A stretch of 64,000 nt of DNA, taken from the NCBI GenBank assembly GCA_965223425.1, contig OZ245003.1:1280001-1344000 (forward strand), written 5' to 3'. This DNA is from Nitrosopumilus sp. Lineage in GTDB: Archaea > Thermoproteota > Nitrososphaeria > Nitrososphaerales > Nitrosopumilaceae. Each line of letters starts with the position of its first letter. The first letter of the stretch is position 1. Under the pieces are notes generated by a model that saw only the letters and a list, made by a program, of their open reading frames with translations, searched no databases and was not told where the DNA came from. Below, piece by piece: positions 11,323 through 21,803 of the stretch. The position numbers were made by a program, and so were the translations under genes.

Positions 11323-12867
11323 ATTTTGGCAATTTTGGCGGCAGCAAAAATTGGTGCTGTTCAAACTGTGATTTTTTCTGGTTACAGTGCCGAATCCCTT
11401 CATATTCGGCTACAGGACTGCCAGGCCAAAATTTTATTTGTTACAGATGGGTTTCATCGAAAAGGAAAAGGGATATCTCATAAAAAAACTGTAGAGACCG
11501 CAATTGAAGATACCAAAATTGAAAAAACCGTTGTAGTTACATACAAGGGATTGGACAATTATGAGAAATCCAATAGTGTTGTATATTACAATGAATTAGT
11601 TTCAGCTCAACATGATCAGTGTGAAACTGAAATCATGGATTCCGAAGATCCCCTTTTTATTTTGTATACCTCGGGCACTATGGGTAAACCAAAGGGTGCA
11701 ATCCACACTCAGGGCGGTTTTTCTGTTTTTGCAGGCCATCAGGCTGCATATTTGATAGACATGCATGAAAATGACGTATTATTCTGGCCTGCTGATATTG
11801 GCTGGATTACTGGATTAGTATGGAATGTTTATGGTCTTTTGATAACGGGCGCCCGTGGAATAATTTATGACGGCGCAATTGACTTTCCAAATTTTGAGCG
11901 AATATGGCAGATATTGTCTGATTATCACGCAACTATTTTTGGGATTTCACCAACTGCAGTCAGATTGTTTAAAAAAAACAATGCTGAACCGTTGAAAAAA
12001 TATTCTTTGGACAGAATCAAAAACATTCCTACTACTGGCGAGCCCTTAGATGCTGATTCATGGTGGTGGCTGTTTGAAAAAGTTGGCAAGAAGAAAATTC
12101 CCATAATGAACTTATCAGGTGGCACTGAAATTGGAGGTGCAATGTTGTCTGTATTTCCTGGAATGAAACTAAAACCTTCCACCGTTGGAATTCCAGTACC
12201 TGGAATGAACCTAGACGTGATAGATGATGATGGAAATTCTGTAAAAAACAAAAACGGTTATCTGGTAATAAAATCCCCTTGGCCTGCCATGACCCGGGGA
12301 TTGCTAAATGACGACTCTCGCTATCTGGAAACATATTGGTCAAAATTTGACAATGTGTGGTTTCATGGCGATTATGTCTACGTTGATGAGGATGGCCTTT
12401 GGTATATGCAAGGACGGACAGATGACGTGATTAATGTCTCAGGTCATCGAATGAGCACTGCCGAACTAGAACACGCCGTCATCTCACACAAGAAAATATC
12501 TGATGCAGCATCAGTTGCTGTTCCTGATGATGTCACTGGCGAGGCCATAGTGATATTTTTTGTAACTGGTGATAAATCTGAAACTGATTTGGAATCTGAA
12601 ATATCTGATTATGTCTCTGAAAAAATTGGCAAAGTTGCAAGGCCTAAATTTGTTTTCCAAGTGCCTGATTTGCCAAAAACAAGAACAGGAAAAATCATCC
12701 GTCGATTATTAAGATCGAAATTGTTAGGTCAAAATCTAGGCGACCTATCCTCTCTTGAAAACCCTCAAATTTTAGACGAAGTCCCAAGATTAGGTTAACA
12801 ATAGCTAACTTGTTGATATTTACTATTTCACGCCTTGCTCTAAATTTTGTTATGATGATAGGCATCA

Positions 12868-14229
12868 TTGAGATTTGTAATTGACCAACAAGTAGAAGAC
12901 ATAGAGATGCCTGAGAATCTAAAGTTAAACACGTTTTTGCAGGAATTCCATTCTGACTGCCCCCATCCTGAATGTAGATTTGGGTTCTATGGATTTGCGT
13001 TTGGCCAGTCACCATTTCCAGTGCCTAGGCTAGTTCAAGAGGCCTTGATCAAAAATGCAGATAAAGGGGCATATGCTGCTGTACCTGGAATTCCAGAGCT
13101 GCGTCACGCTATCTCAAAATACAATAGACATTATTTTGGAATGGATGTTGCACCAGAGCGAATCTATGTTGGCCCGGGAACAAAAGAATTGATTTTCAAT
13201 CTTTTAGAGGTTTTACACGGTACTGTGATCCTGCCCACTCCTGCATGGCTGGGATATCTTCCACAAATTAGGTTCTTGGAAAAAAATTTTCATATGCTGC
13301 CAACTGGTGCAGGTAAAAAAATATCCCCTGATGATTTGAGGAAATTGGCATTACGGCTACACGACAGGCAAAAGATTCTGATTTTAAACAATCCACACAA
13401 TCCAACCGGACTGTTGTACAACCAGCTAGAATTAGAGGAAATTGCAGACGTTTGCAGAGAACAAAATATTGTCATAATCTCTGATGAGATTTATGCTCAA
13501 ACAACATATGATTTTTCAAAGTTTGCAAGCATGGGAAAAATTTATCCTGAGGGAGCGTTTGTTACAAACGGTCTGTCTAAATCACATGCCGCAGGTGGTT
13601 ACAGGTTAGGTTATGTAATTTTTCCACAACATGCTGTAGATCTTAAGGGACAATTCAAAAAAATTCTTGCAACTGAATACACTGCAGTATCTACCCCAAT
13701 TCAGCATGCCGCAGTTGCAGGGTTTGAAATTAGCAGGGAGATGGATGAGTATTTTGCCGTAACACGAGACATTCATCAAATGATGGGCGAATATACTTAC
13801 CATGCATTATCTGCAATTGAAGGAGTAAAAACAACAAAGCCTGATGCCACTTTTTATCTCTTAGCGGACTTTAATGCGCTTGCAACCGATTTACAAAAAG
13901 CCAAAATAAACACATCTCAAAAATTATCTGAATCTTTGATTGTCCACCCATACCATACGGCAATCGTGGATGGCAGCAGTCTTGTTTTGGAAAGAACTGA
14001 TTTTAGTGCAAGAATCGCATATGTTGATTATGACGGTGCCCAAGTTTATCAAAAATATCTTGATGAGAAGCCAGAATCACGTTTAGAACGAGTGGAATTT
14101 GTAAAAAACAATGCCCCAAAGGTTGTTGCAGGTATTGAAATGATTGGCAGGTTCTTTGAGAGTCTCCGAAAAAAAGACACTTTTAATAATTTACAAACTC
14201 AAAAGGGTTTGCTAGTCACTCCAAACTAA
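12868..14229 (+). CDS. PLP-dependent aminotransferase class I/II
   Basis: 'NNPHNPTG', 'SDEIY', 'LSKSHAAGGYRLGY'. Confidence 0.9.
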   Translation: MRFVIDQQVEDIEMPENLKLNTFLQEFHSDCPHPECRFGFYGFAFGQSPFPVPRLVQEALIKNADKGAYAAVPGIPELRHAISKYNRHYFGMDVAPERIYVGPGTKELIFNLLEVLHGTVILPTPAWLGYLPQIRFLEKNFHMLPTGAGKKISPDDLRKLALRLHDRQKILILNNPHNPTGLLYNQLELEEIADVCREQNIVIISDEIYAQTTYDFSKFASMGKIYPEGAFVTNGLSKSHAAGGYRLGYVIFPQHAVDLKGQFKKILATEYTAVSTPIQHAAVAGFEISREMDEYFAVTRDIHQMMGEYTYHALSAIEGVKTTKPDATFYLLADFNALATDLQKAKINTSQKLSESLIVHPYHTAIVDGSSLVLERTDFSARIAYVDYDGAQVYQKYLDEKPESRLERVEFVKNNAPKVVAGIEMIGRFFESLRKKDTFNNLQTQKGLLVTPN

Positions 14230-14724
14230 TTTAATTTTAATTTAATCCTCTCATGCTCTTCCAAAGTTGTTTCCCCCCTACCCAAAATGGATGGAGAAAG
14301 ATGCCGATGACTAGCGGACCTACTTTCCGTATATTACGCCATGTCTTGATTACTGAACACTCTTTTATATATTAATTTGAGATTCATTGGAGCAAAGACA
14401 TGTGGTCACCACGTATTTTTTTAAACTTGGATGATATGATTTTAGATGATCCTGTATTTGTTAAATGATCAGAAAAGCCTCCAATATGAAATCACCAAAA
14501 TGTCAAGATCCAGTTGGCTTGGTACATTTTAAAAAACAGTTCGCATAACTGCAAAAAAATCCAAATTGTTTGCGATGCATCAAAGATGACATTTGCAAAA
14601 AAACCACTAGCAAACAAAGTCTGATGACGTTTTGTTGTAAGGCATATTTGAAATAATTAAAACCAGACGCATCTTTAATCCGGACATGTCAGTAAAGGGA
14701 AACAAAACAAGATTGATACCCTAA

Positions 14725-15948
14725 TCATTTCTTTTTTCTAATTTGCTGTACTACCATTGGTAAAAATGCACCCACATCAGATACAATTCCTAGTGCTTGC
14801 CATGTTCCTCTGTCCATAAGTTTTGTAACCGTTGGCTGATTAATGTCTACAGCAATCACTTTCACATTTGCTGGAAGCATATTTCCTGTTGCAATGGAAT
14901 GGAGCATAGTTGAAATCATGATGACCATATTTGCATCTTTTAGTACTTTCTTGTATTCACGTTGCGCTTGAACAACATCGGTAATTACGTCTGGCAATGG
15001 TCCGTCATCTCGAATTGAACCTGCCAACACAAATGGTATCTCGTTTTTTACACATTCGTACATTATTCCTTTTGTCAATTTCTTAGTTTTTACCATGTTG
15101 GCAATAGATCCTGCCTTGAATACTGCATTGACTGTATCCATGTGGTTTCGATGTCCATGATATGCCAATGTGGCATCATGAACATTCATTCCTAGTGAGG
15201 TACCGAGTGTGGCATATTCTATATCGTGAACTGCAAGCGCATTACCTGCCAACACCCCATGAACATAACCCAACTTGATTAGCTCAGATACAGCATCATC
15301 TGCTCCTGTGTGTACTATTGCTGGACCTCCAACAATTACAATTTTTCCACCATTCTTTTTTGTGTTATAGATGTCTTCTGCTACTTTTTTGGCAATATGC
15401 TGGGTTGGTCTTTCACTTGAGCTTGAACTTCCCATGAATTCAAACACATTGACCCCTTCTCGTGGACGCTCAGGTGGAATAATCTTGACTCCTTTTTCTC
15501 CCACTACTATTTGGTCTCCTCTTTTCACATCCCTTACAGGCACACAGAATGCTTTACTTCCCTTTACAACTATACATTTGTCCATCATCATATTTTCCAC
15601 CTGAACCCACTTTCCTCTGTGAAAAACTTGTGTGTGGTTGTTTGTTGTACTGTAAAAATTATCAGGCATTACAAAGTTTTTTATGGATTTTTTTAATACA
15701 ACCTCTTTTTGGATTTTAGATACTGCCCCTTCTCGATAAATTGTTTCAAGAATCTCATCCAGATGTTTTTGGTTTTTTCCATTAACAAGCAATCTTGCGT
15801 AGGATTGATCTTTTTTTCTTCTGCCAATGTTGATTTCTTGTACCTGAAATTCTCCTTTTAGATCCATTATTTTATCAAAGATCTTAGTCAAAATCAAAGA
15901 ATCAATTATGTGGCCACTAACTTCGATCTCTTGAGAATATTTGATCAT
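14725..15948 (-). CDS. TIGR00300 family protein (LOR/SDH-like, ornithine cyclodeaminase-related)
   Basis: 'GHIIDS', 'FYSTTN', 'GNALAVHDIE', 'LAGSIRDDGPLPD', 'MLHSIATGNM'. Confidence 0.85.
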   Translation of the reverse strand: MIKYSQEIEVSGHIIDSLILTKIFDKIMDLKGEFQVQEINIGRRKKDQSYARLLVNGKNQKHLDEILETIYREGAVSKIQKEVVLKKSIKNFVMPDNFYSTTNNHTQVFHRGKWVQVENMMMDKCIVVKGSKAFCVPVRDVKRGDQIVVGEKGVKIIPPERPREGVNVFEFMGSSSSSERPTQHIAKKVAEDIYNTKKNGGKIVIVGGPAIVHTGADDAVSELIKLGYVHGVLAGNALAVHDIEYATLGTSLGMNVHDATLAYHGHRNHMDTVNAVFKAGSIANMVKTKKLTKGIMYECVKNEIPFVLAGSIRDDGPLPDVITDVVQAQREYKKVLKDANMVIMISTMLHSIATGNMLPANVKVIAVDINQPTVTKLMDRGTWQALGIVSDVGAFLPMVVQQIRKKK

Positions 15949-16005
15949 TTTATTACCTCTACGTTCTGATAACTAAATCTTTACGTTTTGTTTTCAGGCT
16001 AAAAT

Positions 16006-16353
16006 CTAGACTGGGAGTATAACCTTGCCTTCAAATTTTGCAATGTTGTCAGCCTCAAATGCTTTCTCCAAGTTTTCCTTTTGCTGCTTTGTCACTCCCT
16101 GAACTATCGTTTTTGAAGAGCCGGTTTTGTCAACCAATGCAAGAATATACCCACTGTTGTCTGTCAATACAAAACCGGCCGATTCATCTACAAATGCATA
16201 AAGATTTTCTTCTCCCACAGGCTCCCATATCTCTGATTTATTGTCAGTCAAGGCTAATGCGGGCATTGCCTTACCATCAGTCAATTTATTGAGATACTCC
16301 CTTGCCTCAGCAACTCTTTTTTGGCCTAATTTTAAAGCCTGAAAATACTGCAT
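16006..16353 (-). CDS. hypothetical protein
   Basis: 115-aa ORF with host-like composition. Confidence 0.7.
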   Translation of the reverse strand: MQYFQALKLGQKRVAEAREYLNKLTDGKAMPALALTDNKSEIWEPVGEENLYAFVDESAGFVLTDNSGYILALVDKTGSSKTIVQGVTKQQKENLEKAFEADNIAKFEGKVILPV

Positions 16354-16430
16354 GTTTCACAAATAATGAGTTTATTATAAAAAGAATATCTCTTCAAAAG
16401 ACTGTTATAGAATCCGCGATTTTTTTAATT

Positions 16431-16730
16431 ATGCCTCTGACAAACAACATGATAATCAAGCTAAATGAGATAACTACTATGGTTGAGGATAAAGCAAGGA
16501 TATCCGAATCAGAAATAAATGAAATAAAGTCTATTTTTAAGGCTCTGGTTGAGAATGGAGAAAGATACGATGTGGATGAAATTGAATTTTGGTTTGAAAA
16601 TGAAGGCAGCTGGGTTACTAGAGAACCAAGAATCAGAATTGCCAATCTTTCTAATTACATTCAAGATAAATATCAACAAACAGCTCATCTGAGAATTCTT
16701 TCTGGCGATGACTGTGGTTGTGATGACTAG
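16431..16730 (+). CDS. hypothetical protein
   Basis: ATG at 16431 within ORF 16302-16730; avoids overlap with the neighbouring gene. Confidence 0.65.
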   Translation: MPLTNNMIIKLNEITTMVEDKARISESEINEIKSIFKALVENGERYDVDEIEFWFENEGSWVTREPRIRIANLSNYIQDKYQQTAHLRILSGDDCGCDD

Positions 16731-16948
16731 GCTTTAAGCTGTTCTAACAGCCTTCCAACAATTTTTGCATTTTCTGTCCTTTCGTTAATAATTTCTTCAA
16801 GACGAGTTTCATTTCTATCTTTTGAAACTATCTGAAAATACTCTTCATCCAAGTCGTTATTTGCTTGTAATCTCTTAATTACTTCAAATAAGATTCCTAT
16901 TACTTGTTTTTGTGCATCTATTAATTCGTCTTTGCTTCTCTCAGACAT
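16727..16948 (-). CDS. small hypothetical protein
   Basis: 73-aa ORF downstream of the HD gene on the same strand. Confidence 0.7.
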   Translation of the reverse strand: MSERSKDELIDAQKQVIGILFEVIKRLQANNDLDEEYFQIVSKDRNETRLEEIINERTENAKIVGRLLEQLKA

Positions 16949-16954
16949 CCTTGT

Positions 16955-17485
16955 TTATTCCTCAATAATCTTTTCAAGCAGCTCTTTTAGTCTCGGATCA
17001 CTAATTTCTGTTTTTGCAGATGTAAAAAAAGATTCTAATTTCTCTTTTGAGTACCCGTCGTTTTGATATATTTTGGCCTGAAGTGCCATCTCTAGTTTGT
17101 CGATTTGACGAACAATTTTTGATTCTAAAGAAGTGTTTTCTTGATATTCTTGCCAAATTTGTAAATATTGCAACTTTATTAAATTTGGTAGATTTTTAAC
17201 AATCTCATCAAATGCCTCATTTTCCAATTTTATTTTTTCATTCTTGCCTAGTTGTTCTGGTGTATAATCCCCAATTTTTGATTCAGCTAAATCGTGTAAT
17301 AACGCCATTTTAAGAATTTTTTCAGAATCGCAACCTTCTAAGTCTGATATGACCATGCTAATTACTGCCATTGAATAGGAATGGTCTGCAACTGATTCAG
17401 GATTATTTAATGATAGTTTATCCATCCATCCTTGCCTTGGTATTTTTTTTAGGTTTGCTGCAGTTTTGAGAAAATCTAAATCCAT
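16955..17485 (-). CDS. HD-domain phosphohydrolase (YfbR/HDDC2-like)
   Basis: 'PRQGW', 'ESVADHS', 'LLHDLAE', 'DKLEM'. Confidence 0.9.
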   Translation of the reverse strand: MDLDFLKTAANLKKIPRQGWMDKLSLNNPESVADHSYSMAVISMVISDLEGCDSEKILKMALLHDLAESKIGDYTPEQLGKNEKIKLENEAFDEIVKNLPNLIKLQYLQIWQEYQENTSLESKIVRQIDKLEMALQAKIYQNDGYSKEKLESFFTSAKTEISDPRLKELLEKIIEE

Positions 17486-17576
17486 ATTATTGTTATTTTT
17501 ATGATGTTTTCTATTAATGAATTTTCATGTTATGTGTTTGCAAACAACATATAGTTGACTTTATCATAATAGCCTG

Positions 17577-18113
17577 ATGAGGATTTACACTAAGACAGGT
17601 GATGACGGAAACACCGGTTTGCAAGGAAATTTCAGAATAGCAAAATCCCATCCAAGAATTATATCATATGGCACTGTAGATGAGGCAAATGCTGCATTAG
17701 GCGTGGCACTTGTAAACACATTGGATGAGGACGTGACAACTGTTTTGCGCGATATTCAAAATGAGCTGTTTCTGGTTGGAGCCGACCTCTCAAACCCAGA
17801 TCTAAATGATACAAAAAATAGAGTTACTTTGGATATGGTTACAAAACTGGAGAAATACATTGACAAATTTGAATCTGAACTTCCGCCCTTGAAAAATTTC
17901 ATTTTACCTGGCGGAGATATTGCTGCATCCCAAATACACCATGTTAGAACCATTGTTCGTAGAGCCGAAACTCAAGTCGTTCAGTTGAGTGAAAACGACG
18001 AAATCAACTCAAACTGCATAAAATACCTCAATAGGCTATCTGATTTGTTTTTTGTAATTGGTCGTTTGATCAATAAGCGAAAAGGCACAGATGATGTTCT
18101 ATGGAAGATCTAA
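17577..18113 (+). CDS. PduO-type cob(I)yrinic acid a,c-diamide adenosyltransferase
   Basis: 'IYTKTGDDG', 'GTVDE', 'FILPGG', 'RRAE', 'YLNRLSD'. Confidence 0.9.
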   Translation: MRIYTKTGDDGNTGLQGNFRIAKSHPRIISYGTVDEANAALGVALVNTLDEDVTTVLRDIQNELFLVGADLSNPDLNDTKNRVTLDMVTKLEKYIDKFESELPPLKNFILPGGDIAASQIHHVRTIVRRAETQVVQLSENDEINSNCIKYLNRLSDLFFVIGRLINKRKGTDDVLWKI

Positions 18114-18144
18114 AGTTTGAACTTATCTTGTTTCAAAAATTAGA

Positions 18145-18620
18145 ATAAAAATCAACGGTGAGCAGAATTATTTGTTTGCAAGTATGGATGATGATGCAGG
18201 ATACTGGCTGGCTAGTGATAGTGCAGACAACAGGTTCCAGCACAATGCAGACAATCTGCCATCCATGACAAAACTACGGGCTGGAAAGAATCCAAGAAAT
18301 TTCACCACTGACGGTTTTTTTTATCTTACATGAAATCCTCCAAGAAGGTTTTTGGAAAAAAAATCAATCATGTCAGACACATTCATCTCAAAGGTTATGT
18401 GAATAACAACAAAATGGAGAGGCTGAGCGGTAAAATTCTAGATCGTGAAAAGGTTTTCAATGGATTAAAGAAGATGGATGCGGCAATACTTGATGGATGA
18501 AAGTTTATTACAATTTCATTAAAAAACACGGTTCATTAAAGGGCAGACCCCTGCAGAGGCCTCGCTTGTTGAGGTAGATGGGGTTAACAAGTGGAAAGCT
18601 ATCACCCAAAACGCTTTACT
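18145..18620 (+). pseudogene. frameshifted remnant of an IS6-like DDE transposase/integrase
   Basis: Manual translation gives 'YLFASMDDDAGYWLA...FTTDG...NNNKMERL..KILDREK...TPAEA', broken by shifts and a stop; boundaries approximate. Confidence 0.65.
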
Positions 18621-18786
18621 TAACAAAGATTTATCTTGGAACTTTTATGGGTTTTTTTTAAATTAACATCAAAGTCTGTTCTTCCTTACTGCCTTCCTAT
18701 CAATCCTCAATTAGGATAAACAAGTCTCTCATCGGGTGATATACGTCATCATCCGTCTACGACGAAAGGAGGAAACTTTCAATTTT

Positions 18787-18935
18787 GAGGGCATAGTCTA
18801 GAGTGGACAAGGCGTTCAGATTCGCAGCTGTAAGATCGTGTGAATTTCTGACATCAATGCAAATAGAGGAAAACAGGTGGACAAGGCGTTCAGATTCGCA
18901 GCTGTAAGATCAGGGTTTAAATTCTTCTCTCACCA
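18787..18935 (+). pseudogene. degenerate tRNA-like sequence (possibly Arg-TCG) interrupted by a duplication plus insert
   Basis: Removing one repeat plus spacer gives GAGGGCATAGTCTAGAGTGGACAAGGCGTTCAGATTCGCAGCTGTAAGATCAGGGTTTAAATTCTTCTCTCACCA, with D-arm, T-loop-like GGTTTAAAT and CCA. Confidence 0.5.
18803..18911. repeat. repeat-spacer-repeat unit A
   Basis: Identical 35-nt GTGGACAAGGCGTTCAGATTCGCAGCTGTAAGATC at 18803-18837 and 18877-18911, with a 39-nt spacer. Confidence 0.95.
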
Positions 18936-19027
18936 TTCCATAGAAGATCCATATTCTAGGTCACCAAGACACACCAGAACCATGTAAGACAAGCTTTAAT
19001 TCCTCAATCAAATCCATTTTTCTAAGT

Positions 19028-19101
19028 GCCGTGGTAGCTCAGCCTGGGAGAGCACTCGGCTGAAGACCGGGCTGTCGCGCGTTCAAATCCCGCCCGCGGC
19101 A
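19028..19101 (+). tRNA. tRNA-Phe (GAA)
   Basis: GCCGTGG/CCGCGGC acceptor stem, anticodon loop CTGAAGA, T-loop GTTCAAATC. Confidence 0.95.
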
Positions 19102-19420
19102 CTTGTTTTATTTCTTGTAATCACAAAAATTGGATTGCCTGTTCAAACGAACAGGTAATTTCTTTTCCATATTATGAATCAAAAGCCTTCTGCTAAATCA
19201 TTTTGACCAGAACGCTTTTTGATCTGCACATCCAACTTTGAACCAGTAACCACAGCGACGGATAAGGCCTTGCAGTACATGCCAGAAACGTACAGAAGTT
19301 TATCGCACGCATCCCTGACATACTCGTCATACGTCTGTCCTCGGCCACGCCGAGACTTGGTGCCATAGAACAATACGGGCATTAGAAAAAGCAAGACATG
19401 CTGGTATCAAGTGTTACGTA

Positions 19421-20546
19421 GTGAATTGGATTAACAATCGCTCACAAAACAGACAACATTATTCAACCACAAGATCTAGATCCCAGTGTATGGCAGAATC
19501 CGCATGAAATACAACGATTCTGCAATACCGGCAGACAAAAGATTCCTGTCCGGCGTCTCCAGTGTGCGCCTGCGCAGCATGCAAAAAAAGGAGACAGATC
19601 CCAGGGCCGCAGCAAGGCTGCTGGCATATGCCATGCGCAAGGAGGGCATGTCCATACGCCGGATATGCATGGCCCTCAACAGGTCATATTCCACAGTACG
19701 GGGCTGGCTTGTGCGCGCCGCACAGCTTGGCACCTACGGCAGGTACGACATCAAAAACAAAGGCGCGCCAAACAAGCTCGATCCGGAACAGACAAAGCAG
19801 CTGCGCGCAGACCTGCTGGCAGGCCCGCGCAGTTGCGGGTTCGAGTCCGGAGTGTGGACGGCACCGCTGCTGGCCGTACACATCAGAAAAAAGTTCGGCG
19901 TGCAGTATGCCACTGTCAGCATATATGACATACTGCACAGGATGGGCTTTTCGTGCAGAAAGCCGCGTCCAAAGCACCCAAGTCAGCCTCAGAATCAGAG
20001 AAAAAAGAGTTTAAAAAAAAGCAGGGGAGATAATCCGGAGCCATCCAGACCATACGGTGATTACAGTTGATGAGGCCTCCTTTATCATTGGGTGGAATAC
20101 CAAGAACGGGTGGTACCTCAAGGGCAAGCCCGTCACCACTCCAGTCAGCCTGTCGCGCAAAAGGTTCTACTCGTTTGGGGCGCTGTACGACGGCGGCTTT
20201 GACTGCAGGTTCTATGCCAAGGCCAACAGCTACAGCTTTGTGGACATGCTCGGACACCTGCATCTCAAGCACGGCAAGATCATCGTCTTTCTTGATAACG
20301 CATCATACCACAAGTCAAAGATGGTCAATGATTTTGTCGACTCGTATGACGGCGACATAGTCCTTGTTTACTTGCCCGTGTACACCCCGGAGCTGAATAC
20401 CACGGAGGGGCAGTGGAGGCTGTTAAGAAGGGCCACTGCAAACGTGATGTATGAAAGCACAAAGGTGATGAAGGAATCCATATGGACAATGCTGGATAGA
20501 CGTGAGGTCAAGATAACAAGAATGAGCGGTTATTTATCCTAGTCAC
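19421..20546 (+). mobile_element. IS630-family element (ORFs 19486-20070 and 20057-20542)
   Basis: Imperfect IRs GTGAATTGGATTAA / GTGACTAGGATAAA flanked by TA; HTH region, then 'VDEA', 'LDNASYH', 'YTPELN.TE'; slippery TTTAAAAAAAAG plus an apparent extra 1-nt loss near 19980. Confidence 0.9.
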
Positions 20547-20725
20547 TACGGCACCTTCGAGTACGTGCGCCGTACGCTTTCTGAATGCCTAAGAACAGCA
20601 AACCGAACTTGATGTGATAAGGTAATATGTCAGCAGAAAGCTTGTCGTTACAGCAGACTTGATTCACACTATATGAGGGCATTTTGAGTAATTCCTAGTG
20701 TTTACTTTAGGTGTTCAGAAATTCA

Positions 20726-21364
20726 CTAATTCACAATAATTTTTCGCATAGGAACAGAGCCAAAATCATTTAGTTTTCTATCCTTTCCCTTATGTTTGAC
20801 TTTACGGTAATTAATTTTCTTGTCATCAAACAACCAGTTTTGAACTGCAACATATGCATTTTCTTCAAACAGTATGCAATCTTCCTTGGCATATTTTGAC
20901 ATTCTAGTACATAGATTCACTGGAATGCCATAAACATCGTCTTCAGTGTTTGTTCTAATCTTCCAAAGTGTTCCAGATGCAATAGTAACCTTTGTTCGTA
21001 TTCCATCCCCGTGTTTTTTCAGATTTCTTATTACTTTGATTGCACATTCACATGCAAGTCCTGATCCTTTGAATGTGACCAATATTGCATCTCCAAGTTC
21101 TTTGATAGCAATTCCATTGTTTCTTTCTACAATATTACGGCAGATTTTGTTATGCAATAGCATTTTAGTTATTGCCGCAATAGGATCACACCTCATCAAT
21201 TTTGTTGATCCTTTTAAATCAAAATGAGCTACGCTGAAAGTCTTTCTTTGTTTCTTAGAAAATTTCTTCTTGGTTTTAAGATTAGCAACAAATTTTTTTG
21301 CCTTAACAATTTCATCTTTGCAAGTACAACTACTAGAACAAGTACATTTCTTTTTGGATTGCAT
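20726..21364 (-). CDS. class III adenylate/guanylate cyclase domain protein with Cys-rich N-terminus
   Basis: 'FDLKGST', 'IKELGDAI', 'DVYGIPVNLCTRM'; N-terminal CTCSSSCTC. Confidence 0.85.
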   Translation of the reverse strand: MQSKKKCTCSSSCTCKDEIVKAKKFVANLKTKKKFSKKQRKTFSVAHFDLKGSTKLMRCDPIAAITKMLLHNKICRNIVERNNGIAIKELGDAILVTFKGSGLACECAIKVIRNLKKHGDGIRTKVTIASGTLWKIRTNTEDDVYGIPVNLCTRMSKYAKEDCILFEENAYVAVQNWLFDDKKINYRKVKHKGKDRKLNDFGSVPMRKIIVN

Positions 21365-21368
21365 TTCT

Positions 21369-21656
21369 TTATGCTGACTTTGGTAAGAGATCTATTTGAA
21401 CTCCAAGAGGAGTTTTTAATTTGACTAAATTTTTTATATTTGCAAGATCTCCTTGAATGGCAAGAGAGTACACTTTAAGATCTTTATTATCACAACCACG
21501 TAGATCTGGTTGGTGATTAATTAGACCCTTTTCTTTTATTGGAGTGCCATCAATAATAATATCAAAATTAGAAGAACATTTCCTAATTTTGTTTACAGCA
21601 ATTTTAACATTAGATTCATTATAACCAGTAAATGCTAATTGAATTTGTTTTTGCAT
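21369..21656 (-). CDS. small protein resembling ribosomal uS10 (divergent paralog)
   Basis: 95 aa from ATG 21656 (the longer ORF call runs into IS DNA); pattern MQK.I.L..G.N....AV..I...G.PI ... I.GD...IK.L.....P.GV.I recalls archaeal uS10. Confidence 0.5.
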   Translation of the reverse strand: MQKQIQLAFTGYNESNVKIAVNKIRKCSSNFDIIIDGTPIKEKGLINHQPDLRGCDNKDLKVYSLAIQGDLANIKNLVKLKTPLGVQIDLLPKSA

Positions 21657-21803
21657 TGTATCTTTCACACTTTTATTTTTGATATGTTTAAAGGTAACTA
21701 TTTGGATTTGTGGAGTTGTGTGGGATTTATTTGTAACAATTCGGATTTCTGGAGTGAATTTTGGGGTGCCGAAAGAGATAAAGATCACGGCTAGAACACA
21801 CAT

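Larger units (their letters stand above)
9565..12798 (+). pseudogene. acs: AMP-forming acetyl-CoA synthetase-like gene split by an IS at 10021-11322
   Basis: N-part ends ...PMIEESIL and C-part resumes (IL)AILAAAKIGA, with YTSGTMGKPKG and PKTRTGKI motifs; frame is restored on removing the IS plus one TSD. Confidence 0.9.

Noticed and set aside
18960-18990. Possible degenerate third copy of repeat A (CAAG..CAGA..TGTAAGA)
   Set aside because: Needs several gaps and the spacing (48 nt) is off-period; not supportable.
19179-19394. 71-aa minus-strand ORF beside tRNA-Phe
   Set aside because: May be a decayed ISH3-like transposase C-terminus cut by IS630 ('LLFLMPVLFY'), but the evidence is too weak for a gene call.
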